Origin: Malacoraja senta
Taxonomy: Eukaryota
Direction: 5' to 3'
Assembly (NCBI GenBank): GCA_038087875.1
Contig: CM075995.1
Location: 7,750,001 to 7,814,000, forward strand
Length of the DNA stretch: 64,000 bases
A model generated the notes under the pieces. That model made no database searches, was not told where the DNA came from, and saw only the letters and a program-made list of their open reading frames with translations. Below, in pieces: positions 63,359 to 64,000 of this stretch. Made by a program: the position numbers and the translations under genes. Within the stretch, counting starts at the first letter, position 1, and each line of letters begins with the position of its first letter.

Positions 63359-64000
63359 TATAATTCAGTTTTGCAGAAGAAAATTTTCTTTCAATAATTG
63401 AAGTGGAGTATTTAAATATTACATCCTCTTCAATGAAATGTTGGGAAAGCTCCAATCAGCTGGTGTAATAAATAATAACTCACCGATTGGTAATGGGACA
63501 GTTCAGGCCAAAACACACCAGCAGAAAATTAACAAAATGCTGCAGTTTGGAAACAGCACTTAAAAGTTAGATTTGAGATTTTGTCCCCCATTTCAGGCAT
63601 ACAATCAGATATAGATTCTTGATTAGTACGGGTGACAGGGGTTATAGGGAGAAGGCAGGAGAATTGGGTTAGGAGGGAGAGTTAGATCAACTATGATTCA
63701 ATGGTGGAATGGACTTGATGGGCCGAATGGCCTAATTCTACTCCTATTCCTTATAATTGAAAAGCATGTTTGAACATTACCTCAATAACAAGTTACCTAG
63801 TAATTTTGAAATGTTGTGTGCAATTTTATAACCAGAATGCATTCAATGGTTATTTAGTATTAGTTTTTAATAGAATGGATAATCGTGTTTAGTTTAGAGA
63901 TACAGCGCGGATACATACACTTCGACCACTGAGTCCGCACCGACCAGTTATCCCCACACATTGGCACCATCCAACGCACACTAAGGACGCACTTTGAAAG

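Overview
Repeat-rich vertebrate genomic DNA. The HE1/V-SINE-like and CR1 repeat complement suggests a cartilaginous fish, probably a skate or ray (inference). The only host gene is the 5' part of a Par-6 polarity gene, best matching PARD6G, on the minus strand. It has exon 1 (23398-23469), a ~20 kb intron 1 and PB1-domain exon 2 (3090-3312), with a CpG-rich promoter that runs into a six-unit minisatellite of co-oriented CTCF-like motifs. The intron and proximal flank hold short CR1, L2, Rex1/Babar, Penelope and V-SINE fragments. Many ~95-nt Penelope-derived modules carry a minimal hammerhead-ribozyme core, and several have their own target-site duplications (TSDs). From 37.4 to 58.5 kb there is a block of large elements: DIRS, BEL/Pao, a 1-kb DNA element with an unusual 7-bp TSD (second copy at 12.4 kb) and a class I endogenous retrovirus remnant. 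The most striking structure is an 8.1-kb fold-back made of two inverted, deleted PIF/Harbinger copies (MADF gene plus DDE transposase in each arm). Its central loop holds, in scrambled form, the transposase segment missing from both arms, an architecture resembling hairpin 'transposon killer' loci. Repeat boundaries without TSDs are approximate.
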